A stretch of 62,807 nt of DNA, filler included, from Pirum gemmata (lineage: Eukaryota), in the NCBI GenBank assembly GCA_002812295.1. It is 14 parts of 14 records of this genome, joined end to end, with 100 filler letters (N's around TTAATTAATTAA, not from the genome) between each part and the next. Parts side by side here need not be neighbours in the genome. Positions count along the whole stretch, not along the records: positions 49,783 to 53,873 come from PDIN01001235.1; positions 53,974 to 58,329 come from PDIN01001236.1; positions 58,430 to 62,807 come from PDIN01001237.1; 11 more parts are not named here. One strand, written 5' to 3'. This document shows positions 49,880 through 62,512 of this stretch, piece after piece (the stretch's first letter is position 1; each line of letters starts with the position of its first letter). The position numbers and the translations under genes were made by a program. The notes below the pieces were generated by a model. That model did no database searches. It saw only the letters and a program-made list of their open reading frames with translations, and had not been told where the DNA came from.

Positions 49880-51503
49880 CATCGCTTAAAAAAATGCATC
49901 GGTAGTAAATTATTTGAATTTTTACCATTTTTAGAGTAAAGCTAATGGAACTTTTATTAATCCTAACCCTTTTTCTTTACATTTTTAGGGTCAAGAAAAT
50001 GTAATTTTCATTAACCCTAACTCTGTTTCCTCAGCCATCACTGTAAATTTACATTTTTAGGGTCAAGAAAATGTAATTTTCATTAACCCTAACTCTGTTT
50101 CCTCAGCCATCACTGTAAAAATTGTATCGGTAGTAAAATCGTTGAACTTTTACCACCTTTACATTTTTTACTACCGATACACTTTTAAAGTGATGGCCGA
50201 GTAAAAAGGGTTAGGGTTGAAAAAAAGTTACATTTACGTGTACAATAAAAAATGTAAAGTTGGTAAACATTCAACGAAATTACTAACGATACACTTTTTG
50301 AAGTGATGGCTGAGGATTAATAAAAAGTTACATTAGCTTGTACTATAAATTCTTTGAAATTTTACCACCTTTACATTTTTTATAGTAGAAGTAAATGTAA
50401 CTTTTTTTTAACCCTTACCTTTTTTACTCAGCCATCACTTTAAAAAGTGTATCGGTAGTAAATTCTTTGAATTTTTACCACCTTTACATTTTTTATCGTA
50501 CAAGTAGATCACTTTAAAAATTGTATCGGTAGTGAAATCGTTGAATTTTTACCACCTTTGCATTTTTTATAGTACAGGCAAATGCAACTTCTTATTAATC
50601 CTCAGCATTCACTTTAAAAAGTGTATCGTTAGTAAATTCGTTGAACATTTTTTATAGTACAAGTAAATGCAACTTTTTATTAACCCGAACCCTTTTTACT
50701 CAGCCATCACTTTGAAAATTGTACGGTAGTAAAATCGTTGAATTTTTACCACCTTTACATTTTTTATAGTACAAACAAATGCAACTTTTTATTAATCATC
50801 AGCCATTACTTTATAAAGTGTATCGGTAGTAAATTCGTTGAATTTTTACCACCTTTACATTTTATATAGTACAAGCTAATGTAACTTTTTATTAATCCTC
50901 AGTCATCGCTTTAAAAAGTGTATCGGTAGTAATTTCGTTGAATGTTTACCACCTTTACATTTTTTATAGTACAAGCAAGTGTAACTTTTTTATAACCCTA
51001 ACCCTTTTTACTCAGCCATCACTTTAAAAAGTGTATCGGTAGTAAATTCTTTGAAATTTTACCACCTTTACATTTTTTATAGTACAAGTAAATGTAACTT
51101 TTTTTTTTAACGCTAACCTTTTTTACTCAGTCATCACTGTAAAAATTGTATCGGTAGTGAAATCGTTGAATTTTTACCACCTTTACATTTTTTATAGTAC
51201 AAGCAAATTCAAATTTTTATTAATCCTCAGCAATCACTTTAAAAAGTGTATCGGTAGTAAATTCGTTGAATTTTTACCACCTTTACATTTTTTATAGTAC
51301 AAGTAAATGTAACTTTTTATTAACCCGAACCCTTTTTACTCAGTTATCACTTCAAAAATTGTATCGGTGGTAAATTCGTTGAAGTTTTACCACCTTTACA
51401 TTTTTTAGAGTACATGCAAATGTAATCCTACCCCTTTTAGCCATCACTTTTAATAACAGTAGTGTAGGTAGTAAATTCTTTGAATTTTTACCACGTTTAC
51501 ATT
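49880..51503. repeat. Tandem satellite with ~100-bp and ~113-bp unit variants, about 15 units, including an inverted block at about 50169-50350
   Basis: CAGCCATCACT anchors at 50032, 50104, 50429, 50603, 50701, 50800, 50900, 51013, 51128, 51228 and 51341. The long variant carries an extra CCCTAACCCTTTTTA-like segment. Confidence 0.92.
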
Positions 51504-52529
51504 TAGTAGTGTTGTTGTTATTGTTGTTGTTATTGTTATTGTTATTGTTATTATTTATTGTTATTGCTATTGTTATTGTTGTTGTTGTTGTTTTTATTGT
51601 TGTTCAGAAACTGGCATTAAATAACGTACTTGTAAACAGTAAAGTAAAAGTTTCTTTCTAAGTATTTTGTTAACCTTTATTGCAGCTTTAAGGGTCATGT
51701 TGATTTTTTATAAATGAATTATTCCTGCTCTAACCCTAACCCTAACTCTTTAATCCTTTCTACTCTTGCATTGTTTTGGAAAAAGTAATGGTAGTAAATT
51801 CTTGGATTTTTAATTAAGCTACCCTTACTTTTTCTAGATCTAGAGTAAATGTTTTTCCGTTTGTGTGCTCGAGTTCCAAAGTTAGGGTTAGGGCTGTAAA
51901 TGCATTCTATATTATTATATCAAATACTGAATTTTCCATGCATAAATTCAGGGAGTGTTTTAGCAAACAAACTATTATTTATTTGGTTTTGTGAATTGAA
52001 ACTCGGACACAATTCCAATATTTCAAATAATCTGCCATAACTTAATATCTAAACAAATATATTTTTAATTAAAAGCTTGTCTATTTGATTTTCTAATTTA
52101 GTGATTGTCATTTTTTAATAAGCAATATATTATATATGTTACAATGGCATGTAAGATATTTATAATAATGAAAATGCTAATTTCAATTACAATAAAAAAT
52201 ATTATTTAAAAAAAAATGTATGAGCCACTTTTTCGATTTCAAATTATAATATAAACTTTAATAATTAAAATAAGGGCTGTACTACATACATTCCACTTGT
52301 TTATTGAATTAATTTTATTAAATAAATTTTAAAAAGCGTTATCCATATGCATGATTATAATATTATTATGTAAAATGATACTGAAAACGCCAATTAACGA
52401 TGAAGAATTAAAATCAACTTATAAAAAATTCTTAATATTATTAATAATAATAAAATAACCATTTTCCCTATTTTTCAAACAGATTAATAACAATAATAAT
52501 AATAATTACAATTATAACTATAATTATAA

Positions 52530-52909
52530 TCATGGAATAGTTAAATTTTCCAAATTTTCCTGTAATGAATCCAAATATTGTGAATAACTTTCGAATGCCT
52601 GGCTAATGACAGTATCAAAATGTGTTCGAGAAGCATTATCCAATACACGGGGTAATCGATTATTATTGAGGGAATTCAAAAAAAATTGGGTATGATAGCT
52701 TTTGTATTTAGTCAATAAATCCACAAACCCTGTACCTAAAACATTTTGCATGTTCCCATCATCAACCTGCTGTCTAATATAGTAAAAATCAGCCCTAAAC
52801 AGTTCATGTATTTCATTAAAATTATCTCGGACACGCCTCTCTTCATCTATAACCATGGCATTAGGGTTATCCTCCGGTACTGTAACATAATATGGGTGTC
52901 TGCCAGTTT
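52530..52909 (-). CDS. Putative terminal exon of an unknown protein (upstream exon not resolved; possibly a pseudogene)
   Basis: 126 non-repetitive codons with normal composition, preceded by the pyrimidine-rich acceptor ttgcttttcaAG (52910). Upstream frames contain stops. Confidence 0.55.
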
Positions 52910-53246
52910 CTTGAAAAGCAACGAGATACAAAAAGAAAAAAAAGAGTCACCCATGTTCTTTTCAGATGTTCTTATTTTTTTTTCAACTCATCGCCGTCAT
53001 TGGATAAACTATTTACCTGGACTTTTTCTGTTATTGGATTGGATAAACCATTTTATCTAGACTCAGAAAATCTACCAATAGACCCGGGTCTACAGTAATA
53101 GTTTAGTGTTAGTCCTAAGTAATAGTAAGTATTAGTCCGTTCGAACTTCGAACTTCTGAAAGACAATGATGCACGAAACGATAGGCAATTGAATGAATTC
53201 ATCACGAACATGATGGCTACATCTACCAATCATTTAGCTATAATAA

Positions 53247-53382
53247 GGGGTCAAGTACTACGTAACGCCAATTTCCGGTAAATACATCTTCAAATACCCC
53301 TACCAACCTACCCCTCGACATTGATTTCCGGTCAAACACCACCTACCTACCCTTTGACGTGACGTATTATTTGAAGGCTCCC
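53247..53382 (-). mobile_element. MITE family D copy with TAA on both flanks
   Basis: TAA|GGGGTCAAGTACTACGT...ACGTATTATTTGAAGGCTCCC|TAA. Confidence 0.8.
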
Positions 53383-53439
53383 TAATGCGCTAGTTTAAGG
53401 GTGATTAGTCTGTTCGAAAGACAATGCACGAAATGATAT

Positions 53440-53600
53440 GGTGCATTTAATACGTCTAAGAATCTCCAACTTTTCGGAACATAGCAGTAAATAATGTTCG
53501 AATTTCGAAAATAATAATTTTTATATTCGAAATATTCGAGCTGCCAGAAAAAAATTGGCCACTTTTCAAAAAGTCGGTGAACTTGAGGCGTACTGCATCA
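53440..53600. mobile_element. Degenerate TIR element inserted in the second copy of a short duplication
   Basis: TGCA..TACGTCTAAG..TCTCCAACTTTT versus the reverse complement of the end, TGCAGTACGCCTCAAGTTCACCGACTTTT. The flanks (GCACGAAA.GATA / TAGGCAA.TGAA) are contiguous in the copy near 53170-53195. Confidence 0.5.
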
Positions 53601-54100
53601 TAGGCAACTGAAATGATCCGGATTTAATAATGCCTACATCTACCAATCATTTAGCACTTTTTTAACCTTTTTAGAATAATCACTGCTTTTTGACAATTTT
53701 TCAAAAATAAATAAATAAACTATTGTAGAGAATTACAATTATAATAATATAATATAATTATTATTATTATTATTATTATTATTGATTTTTATTATTATTA
53801 TATACTAGATGATATTATTATTATTTCATCTTTATTATTAAAATTACTATTATTATTATTATATATTATTATTNNNNNNNNNNNNNNNNNNNNNNNNNNN
53901 NNNNNNNNNNNNNNNNNTTAATTAATTAANNNNNNNNNNNNNNNNNNNNNNNNNNNNNNNNNNNNNNNNNNNNTTTATTTAAAAGTATCAATTTAAATAT
54001 TATAAACAGCCAAATAAATATTCAGAGTGACAAAATAAATGAAAAGCACGATATTATGATAAGTAGACAAAATGTAGACAAGTAGATCTAGCTATCTAGC

Positions 54101-54283
54101 TAGTGTTGTCCAGTTCAAAAACTGAAATAAACTTACCAAATTATTATTATGTTTAAACTATCGGACATGTTTTGATTAAATTGGTATTTTATACTTAATG
54201 TTGAATTTTATAAAACAGTTCAATTATATACTTAAAAAGTACCAAATTAAAGATTGAGAGAACAACTGTAATGAAATAGACGA
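54101..54283 (-). mobile_element. MITE family B copy (reverse)
   Basis: TAGTGTTGTCCAGTTCAAAAACTG...AACAACTGTAATGAAATAGACGA. Confidence 0.8.
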
Positions 54284-54418
54284 TAGTAGAGAGCTATTAA
54301 AGTGCAAGTTCTTCTTTAGTTAGAAAGTAGGAAAGTATAGTTGAAAGTATCGATACTTAGTCTATATAGAAAATAAAAAAACTGACCCGGTCTTGGGGCA
54401 GACCGTACGCGTGGGTCA

Positions 54419-54550
54419 GGGAGCATTTCAAATAATCCGACACGTCAAGGGGGGTAGGTAGGTAGGTGATGTTTGACCGGAAATCAATGTTGAGGGGTGG
54501 GTAGGTAGGGGTATTTGAAGCTGTATTTGACTGGAAATTGGCGTTATGTA
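54419..54550 (+). mobile_element. MITE family D copy (another at 56474-56592)
   Basis: GGGAGCATTTCAAATAATCCGACACGTCAAGGGGGGTAGGTAGG...GTATTTGAAGCTGTATTTGACTGGAAATTGGCGTTA. Confidence 0.75.
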
Positions 54551-55567
54551 GGGTAGTAGCTAGCTACTAGCTAGCTAGCATAGCAAAGCAAGACAGTCTA
54601 GCTATTCTACAGTATCATAGCTAGCTACTAGCTAATCTAGCCGGTCTAGTTAGCTAACTAGCTACAGCTATTAGTAGCTATGATAGTAATGTTGTGGTAG
54701 AACTGTTGGGCTGTAGAAGTCTAGAAGAACCAATAGTGGTCTATATAAGGCAAACTTTTGGGTTAAAGAAAACCCAGTGGCCAATCAAATAACGCTAAGT
54801 ATGGTTTTGGATTTTTTTTTTTAATTAATAAGGGGTACAATAATTTATACAAATAATAATACAATACTTTTTAGGTATACAATAAATATTCTACACTATT
54901 ATTATTATTATATTATATATATTACTTTTATATTACTATTCTACACGATTATTATTATTATAACTACATTAATATTATATTATACTTATATTACTATTAC
55001 TATTCCTTTCTCTTATTCTAACTATTACTATTACTCTTATTCATACTTTTATTATTATTTATTATTACCATGAAGTTACTACTACAGTACACTACAGTAC
55101 TACTACAATACGTAGTCTAGCTACTAACTAGCTACTGACTACTATAGACTGACTCAGATGACTGAAATTACTATGAATCGGTATGATAGTAAAGCAGCAA
55201 AAAACGCCCATCTTTCAAAAACGAACCAAATTTGATATTTGATCGAAAACTCAAAGCGGATTATTAAATAAGGTCGAAAGTTAAATATATTCCTAAATAC
55301 TTTCGAACATTTTTGAAAATTGACAAATTTGAAAAACAAGAACGTCAACCTGGTAGATCAACCAGTCAACCACATTTTTAAAAACGCTTTTATTTATAAA
55401 AATAAGATCCTATTTATTAGCTAGTAGCATAATATTATCATCGATAGTGCGTTTCATTTATTTTGTCACTCTGAATATTTATTTGGTTGGTTATAATATT
55501 TAAATTGATACTTTTAAATAAATAAAAAAAAAAAAAAATAATTGTTTTTTTTTTTTTTTTTTTTTAA

Positions 55568-55794
55568 CTAACAAGCCGGGTAAAAATGGCGACATCCGTC
55601 ATAAGTCATATAAGCTCAAAATCCAAACTACCAAATTTTGATAAATTTTTTACCTAATAAAACAACTCTGTTATACCTATTATGAACCAATTGCTAGATT
55701 TTAAAAATAATTTGGCTAGTTATAATTAAAGATTTAGAAAAGAAGTCTAAAAAAAAAAATGATTTCTAGACTACAGTTTTATCCGGCTTGGCTG
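55568..55794. mobile_element. MITE family C copy
   Basis: T-run TTAA|CTAACAAGCCGGGTAAAA...TTTTATCCGGCTTGGCTG|TTAA A-run. Confidence 0.85.
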
Positions 55795-56822
55795 TTAAAA
55801 AAAAAAAAAATCATTGTAACATTTAGGATTATAATAATATCCTCAGTAATAATATTATGCAATTGCTATTCATTTCAGTGTCCTAATACTGTCATAATAT
55901 GTCGAAAGCTACCGATTAGCTTGGTTGTTTGTAAACAATTGTTCTGAATATTTATTTGGTTAGTTATAATATTTAAATTGTCATTTTTAAAAATGAATAA
56001 ATTGATAATAAAATATACCAAATTAAATGAAATGGATTTATATTGTATTAATTTGGTACTCTTTATTGTATATTTTATGATGCCAAAACTTACTACGTAC
56101 CATATTTTATTGGTTTGTTGTAAATAATGTATTAGGCAAGTATTATATTGACTAAATGGTCAGAAATAAGATCGAGAGTGTGTTTGTACTAGTACTACTA
56201 CTACAAAAACAACAACTACTACTACTACTATCACTACTATTACTACTACTATCACTACTATTACTACTACTATTACTACTATTACTACTATTACTTCTAC
56301 TTCTATTACTACTACTACTATTACTACTACTATTACTACTACCATATGTATAATAAACATAAGTTATTTTAACATTTCGAATTATAAAGTTATGCGATTG
56401 CTATTCATACTATTACAGTATGATAATTATAATAATTAAATCAAATTTTAATAACAATAATAATTATCATTATACGTCACATCAAAGGGGTAGGTAGGTA
56501 GGTGGTATTTGACTGGAAATTAACGTCAAGGGGTAGGTAGGTAGGGGTATTTGAAGCTGTACATGACCGGAAATTGGAGTTACGCAGCTCCCTAATTGGT
56601 AAGTTATGAAAGAAAAAAAGAAAAAAAAAAAAAGAAAAAAATACAACAAAACCAGTACAAAACCCACAAACCCTGTGAATGTGCAATCGTGGTTGAGGTT
56701 TTTTTTATATTTTTATTTTTATATATTATAATATTATCATATAATAATAATTATCTGATATTATTGTGAGTATAAACCTCTAGCTAGTAGTCTGGTAGTC
56801 TACTACTATCAAGATATCAAGA

Positions 56823-57006
56823 TAGTGTTTTTCAGTTGTTTGGTCATCATAAATAGACAATAAATAGTACCAAATTAATACAATATAAATCCATTTAATT
56901 TAATTTGGTGTATTTTATTATCTGTTTATTGATTTAAAAATGTCAATTTAAATATTATAACCCTCCAAATAAATATTCAGAGTGACAAAATAAATGAAAA
57001 GCACGA
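56823..57006. mobile_element. MITE family A copy
   Basis: TAGTGTTTTTCAGTTGTTTGGTCA...TGACAAAATAAATGAAAAGCACGA|TA. Confidence 0.85.
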
Positions 57007-58060
57007 TATCAATAATAGTCTAATTAGTCTAGCTATGATAGAGCGAACATGAAAATACGGTAGACTTTAATTTGTATTATGATATTATTATTAAAAAACA
57101 GGTCAGTAACACTGAGGTGTATTGTGTAAAGTTTATATGTATTAATAACTATTACACTCTATTGATATTTATATTAATTAAAGTGAAGTTAGCATTATCA
57201 ATACAATAATAATATCGTCTGTTTTATTACAGTTGCCCTCTCAATCTTTAATTTTAAAAAGCATGATAATTCCATTATCCTACATTATTATGATATTTAC
57301 TACCATATGTAAATTAGAAAATAGCAACAAAAAGGACTTCAAAAGAAAAGAAAAAGCTCTTTGTAAATCGATATTATCTGGATATTTGTAAAGCGCTTTT
57401 CAGTTATTTTGTCACTCTGAATATTTATTTGGTTGGTTATAATTTTTAAATGACATTGTTAATTAAATGAATAAATGAATAATAAAATATACCAAATTAA
57501 ATGAAATGGATTAAGCTTTTAATTAAGTAATCATAGTAATAGTAAAATAGTAGTAGTAGTGATATCGATGATAGTGGTGGTGGTGGTGGTGGTAGTAGTA
57601 GTAGTAACAGCCCTGTAATTGCAGATTGAAGTAGGCGGATACACGGAGCGGTGATTAATTAGTGCACATGATATAATAACAAAAATGATATTATACTGAG
57701 CTGTACTATAAATAATATTATACATATATTACAGTGATAAACTACTCATACTTCCTTTTTTTAATACTTCATCGCAGCAGGACTAAAAAAAGGGAAAAGA
57801 TTTGATAAACCCTTGGATAAACTAAACAATGGAACAATAAACTAAACAATAAACAAATTATAACTAAAACAAGAATAAACAACAAATAATCGAAAGGCAT
57901 GAACGAAAAAAGTCTAGTCGAATAAACATTGAAAAAAAAATATGTAACCGAAAGCAACACCATATTATTATAAATTCATCAGTGCTATGATACTAGCTAG
58001 CTAGCTAGCTAGCTAGCTAGAGTAGCTAGATGTCTAACGGGGAGCTGCTGAGGGAGCTAT

Positions 58061-58208
58061 TAAAAACGTCCAACTTTTGGGTTTCACTAGAATTTTTAGT
58101 TTTCGAACATAAGTAATATGGTAGGTATTTAATAGGTTTTAAATTTTCGAATATATATAAAAAAAAAAATGGGACTTTTAATTAGTTAAAAAATGTTGGA
58201 CGTTTTTA
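58061..58208. mobile_element. MITE family H (148 bp, 14-bp perfect TIR TAAAAACGTCCAAC)
   Basis: TIR at both ends. The interior TTTGGGTTTCACTAGAATTTTTAGTTTTC..TAGGTATTTAATAGGTTT recurs at about 32304-32375. Confidence 0.7.
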
Positions 58209-59301
58209 GATTGTTTTCATCCTATGGGACTCAACAGGATAGTCTTTAGAATAATAATAAAAGAATTCGATTTTTTTCAAGCTTGATTTTTTTTTCTTAT
58301 GTACTTAGGTTTGGTGAGTGTTAGACATTNNNNNNNNNNNNNNNNNNNNNNNNNNNNNNNNNNNNNNNNNNNNTTAATTAATTAANNNNNNNNNNNNNNN
58401 NNNNNNNNNNNNNNNNNNNNNNNNNNNNNTAATTTTTAATTGTTATTAATAATTTTTAATTTTTAATTTTGCAACCGAATACAAGAGCAAACAATGCAAT
58501 ACAAACCCCTACTAAATGTTACTAGCCAATATATTAATACACAATCGTGGTTTTTACAAAATAATTAATATTTTTCCACAAAATTTTTGTATTTAGAAAA
58601 TTTAATTAATCAATTCAATATTATATATTAATAATATAAATAAGAACAAAATTATTATATTATATTTTATAATTTTTTAATGATATGTTAATATTGTTAT
58701 AATTATTGCAAATTGATTGTATAACGCGTACGATTGTAATTATTAATTAATAACAATAACAATATTAATAACAATAACAAGTGCAATAATAATATATATT
58801 ATGTACAATAACACCAACAATAGGAATATATATATTATTTATATTATATTATATACATATTAATACATATTATATACATTTTAATAAAAAAACAAACAAA
58901 ATTTTCTTGTTTAATTTTTTTGGAGTTGGACTCTGCTTTTTCTAAAGAAGGGAAAATCAGTCAATAACATAAGAAGGGAAAATCAGTCAATAACATAATA
59001 TAATAAAGTCGTTATATCGATATCGTTACTTAATAATTTTCTTTTAATTTCTTTAATCAAATTAATATAAATAACTACCTAAAAGTAGTCAATTGACGAC
59101 ACCTATAGCTAATATTGCCATTTTATTACATATAATTACAACATAAATATTCTTCTCAACCGGTACCTAAACTATTAATCCTATTTTAATAACGATTCTA
59201 ACAAAAACAAAAACCAGCAACTTTTGAAAACTAAGCAAGCTATCATTTGGTAACGGTATCTCACCCAACAATCGTACAACATATTAATACCCGCTCTACT
59301 A

Positions 59302-59592
59302 TCGTGCTTTTCAGTTGTTCTGCCATCATAAAATATACAGTAAAGAGTACCAAATTAATACAATATAAATCCATTTTATTTAAAATTTGGTATATTTTAT
59401 AATATAATTATTAATAATTTAAATTATAAAATATACAATATAAATAGTGCTAAATTATTATAATACAAATCCATTTAATTTAATTTGCTATATATATTTT
59501 ATTATCTATGTATTAACTTAGAAATATCAATTTAAAGATTATAACTCTCCAAATAAATATATTCAGAGTGACAAAATAAATGAAAATCACAA
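59302..59592. mobile_element. MITE family A copy with an internal duplication
   Basis: TA|TCGTGCTTTTCAG...TGAAAATCACAA; the central AAATCCATTT segment is present twice. Confidence 0.8.
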
Positions 59593-60079
59593 TTAATGTT
59601 GTACAAGAAATACACTGCACGAAAAACCTTGTGGTAAGCTTAATTAAGACTTTAAACCCCAGTCTAGATATTAATTAATATTAATTAGTTAATATAAAAT
59701 AACTCCCCATATCAATACACAAACACACGTGTACGTATTAATATACGGTATCGGTGAGCCAAAATATTAATTGAGATAACCAAAATGGTATACCAAAACG
59801 GCAAACTTGATCATGGATGAATTGGCAACTTAATTTAACTTTAGGTGGATTATTAAAAAAGTATTAGGTATTTTAATATTATATATATTATTATAATTAC
59901 CTAATATTAATAACAACGCTATTGCTTTAGGCTCATGGTCATATTTTGTAATAATAAAACATTAGAATCAACCATCCTCTTAAGTACCTTATCATATGCA
60001 TACTCTCCATCAGCTAGCGCTACATACATAAAACACCTATGACTAACTTTATTAATATCAACATCCTTATATAAATTAA

Positions 60080-60500
60080 CAGGAAGGGTACTGACACCTC
60101 TCCAATATGAATCTGAAATTTCATATAACTGCAACCAGTTTGTTCTTGACGCATGCAAACACCACTGAATGTTGGGTCAGTATTAATATGATTAGGAACA
60201 ATGGTACAACGAGGGTCTTCATTTTGTGGGTAAGAGCAACCAGTTTCAAAGTGACCTTGCAATTGGTATTATAAAAACCAGAGTACTCAAAGTCAAAATC
60301 TTTGGGATGATTTACACAAAATATATATACTATTTAATTAAAAAGTAACTTTATAATTAATTACAATACTAAGACTGTTTCAAAAGAGGAAAAATATTTT
60401 ACTATTTATGGTTTACAATTTACTTAATTGGGAAGCCGTACATGGCTGCGGGTTGCGGAATTAGTGCCAATTTAAGGGGTCATTTACTTATAGGACTCAC
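60080..60500. mobile_element. MITE family F copy with a ~200-bp foreign internal segment
   Basis: Left end CAGGAAGGGT..CTCCAATATGA.TCTGAAATTT and right part TTTACTATTTATGGTTTACAATTTACTTAATTGGGAAGCCGTA...CATTTACTTATAGGACTC match 18249-18513; the middle does not. Confidence 0.8.
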
Positions 60501-60551
60501 CCCCCCACACCCCTCCAAATTAACCACATTCACCAATTTATGGTTGATATG

Positions 60552-60880
60552 GTGAACCCAGATGTTTTAGGATTATTGACAGCAGAAGTGATATCGATGT
60601 TAGTTTTAAGAATGTTATTATATTAATAATAATTATAAGGTTTTAATTTATTTTAATATTTAGTCATAATTGTTTCATGTATATATGATGCATGGAGAGT
60701 ATGATATTAAAGGTAGAATTGGAATGTGAACCCAGATGTTTTAGGATTATTGACAGCAGAAGTGATATCGATGTTAGTTAAGAATGTTAATAATAATTAT
60801 AAGCTTAAGGTTTTAATTTATTTAGTCATAAGTGTTTTATGTATGATGGAGAGTATGACATTAAAGGTAGAATTGGAATA
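60552..60880 (+). repeat. Tandem duplication, period 174 bp
   Basis: GTGAACCCAGATGTTTTAGGATTATTGACAGCAGAAGTGATATCGATGTTAGTT at 60552 and 60726. Confidence 0.85.
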
Positions 60881-61929
60881 ATCGGGAACAGACTTTTAAA
60901 ATATTACGTACAAACGGAATTATTATTGAAAGGTTTTTTCTCATTGAGTTTTTGTCACCTTGTAGTTAGCTAGGTAATAATAATTTTAATTAAAAAAGAA
61001 TATTCATGAATAAGAATATTCTACAACATTAATAACACACCAAAACAAAAAGTATACAAAAGAATTTTGTTACATAAATTTAAAAATGTATAATTCAAAA
61101 GGTATAAAAGGGGTAATGTTTTGTAAAAGTTCAAAAGAAAATTAACTAATTATTAACTAAATATAATTGAATAACTAAATAAATTAATTAATGAAAAATT
61201 AGTTTAACAAATTTAAAGAAAATAATATAATAATAAATTATATTTCCAATTGGTAGTTAAGAGGATGGTTGATTTTTTAATATTTTATTATTATTACAAA
61301 AACATGATCATGAGCCTAAAGCAATAGCGTGATTATTATAATTAGCTATAGATAATAATATACCTAATACTGTTTTTAATAATAATAATCCACCTAAAGT
61401 TACATATTATAAAAATGAAGATGAAAAATTATTTTTTTGTGATTGATATTAGTTTGATATTATATTGACAAAAATATTTGATTTATTACAGAATATAATA
61501 AAAAGTATAACAGGATATTCAATAATAAAATTTAAACATATAATACATATAAAAAAATTATAAAAAAAAATTTAAAGAATAGTAATAATAATAATAATAT
61601 AGTAATAATAGAATGAATTAATTAATCAATTTTAAAAACACAAATAATATGAAATTTAAAATCAAAACAAATTTTAACATTATAATATATAAAACTTTCA
61701 ACACCTACAATCAACTTACACACTATTCATATCATAACAACTCATGATCATATCTACTGAAATAACTAATATATACATATTATACAATTGATTTATTTAA
61801 AATTTATATATTATTTATAAATTATTTAATTAATTAAAATCTATGAGCTAAGAGTGAGCTAAGACTACTAACTAAATAGTAGAATTGGGGGAAATAGTTT
61901 AATAAATATATTATCATAATTATTATTAT

Positions 61930-62217
61930 AGTTGTACAGTTTAAAAACTGAACTAAACGTAACAAATTATTATTATGGTTAACCTATCAGACATGTTTTA
62001 ATTAATTTGGTATTTTTAACTTAATGTTATATTTTATAAACAAGTTCAATTATACACTTAAAAGGTACCAAATTAAAGAAGGACAACTGTTATGTAATAG
62101 ACGATTTCATTTATTTTGTCACTCCGAATATTTATCTGGTTGCTTATAATATTTAAATTGATACTTTTAAATAAATAAATATATAATAAAATATACCAAA
62201 TCAACTGAAAAGCACTA
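61930..62217. mobile_element. Abutting family B (reverse, to about 62104) and internally deleted family A (62105-62217) MITEs
   Basis: ...GGACAACTGTTATGTAATAGACGA followed immediately by TTTCATTTATTTTGTCACTCCGAATATTTA...CAACTGAAAAGCACTA. Confidence 0.7.
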
Positions 62218-62512
62218 TAACTTCCATAACAGTCAAAATCGCTCCATTACACATTTATTGTGGCCAAAAAACTATAAATAAAGTTAGGTGTTTTTAGTCT
62301 ACTTTTAATTTTCTGTGATTTTTCACTATTTCTGACGATTTTTATTGGACCTAAGCTAATTTTTGGAAAGTTTTTCAATAATTACTTTTAATTAGTTATT
62401 TATTACACTCTTTTAAAAAAGTTTCTATATTAGTAAAAGATGGTCATGGTTAGAATACTTCTCTGTTTTACATCCCTGGTTGCTCTAGTATTTTTTTTTT
62501 TTTTTTTTTTAA

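Noticed and set aside
49880..51503. Regularly spaced palindromic repeats resembling a CRISPR array
   Set aside because: Whole units are repeated with no unique spacers; eukaryotic context and no cas genes.
56156..56360. Poly-Leu and poly-Val ORFs
   Set aside because: (CTA/TTA)n trinucleotide repeat.
59919..60262. Two overlapping minus-strand ORFs as a programmed frameshift gene
   Set aside because: They run across a MITE end, its internal insert and a decayed duplicated segment, so the ORFs are chimeric.
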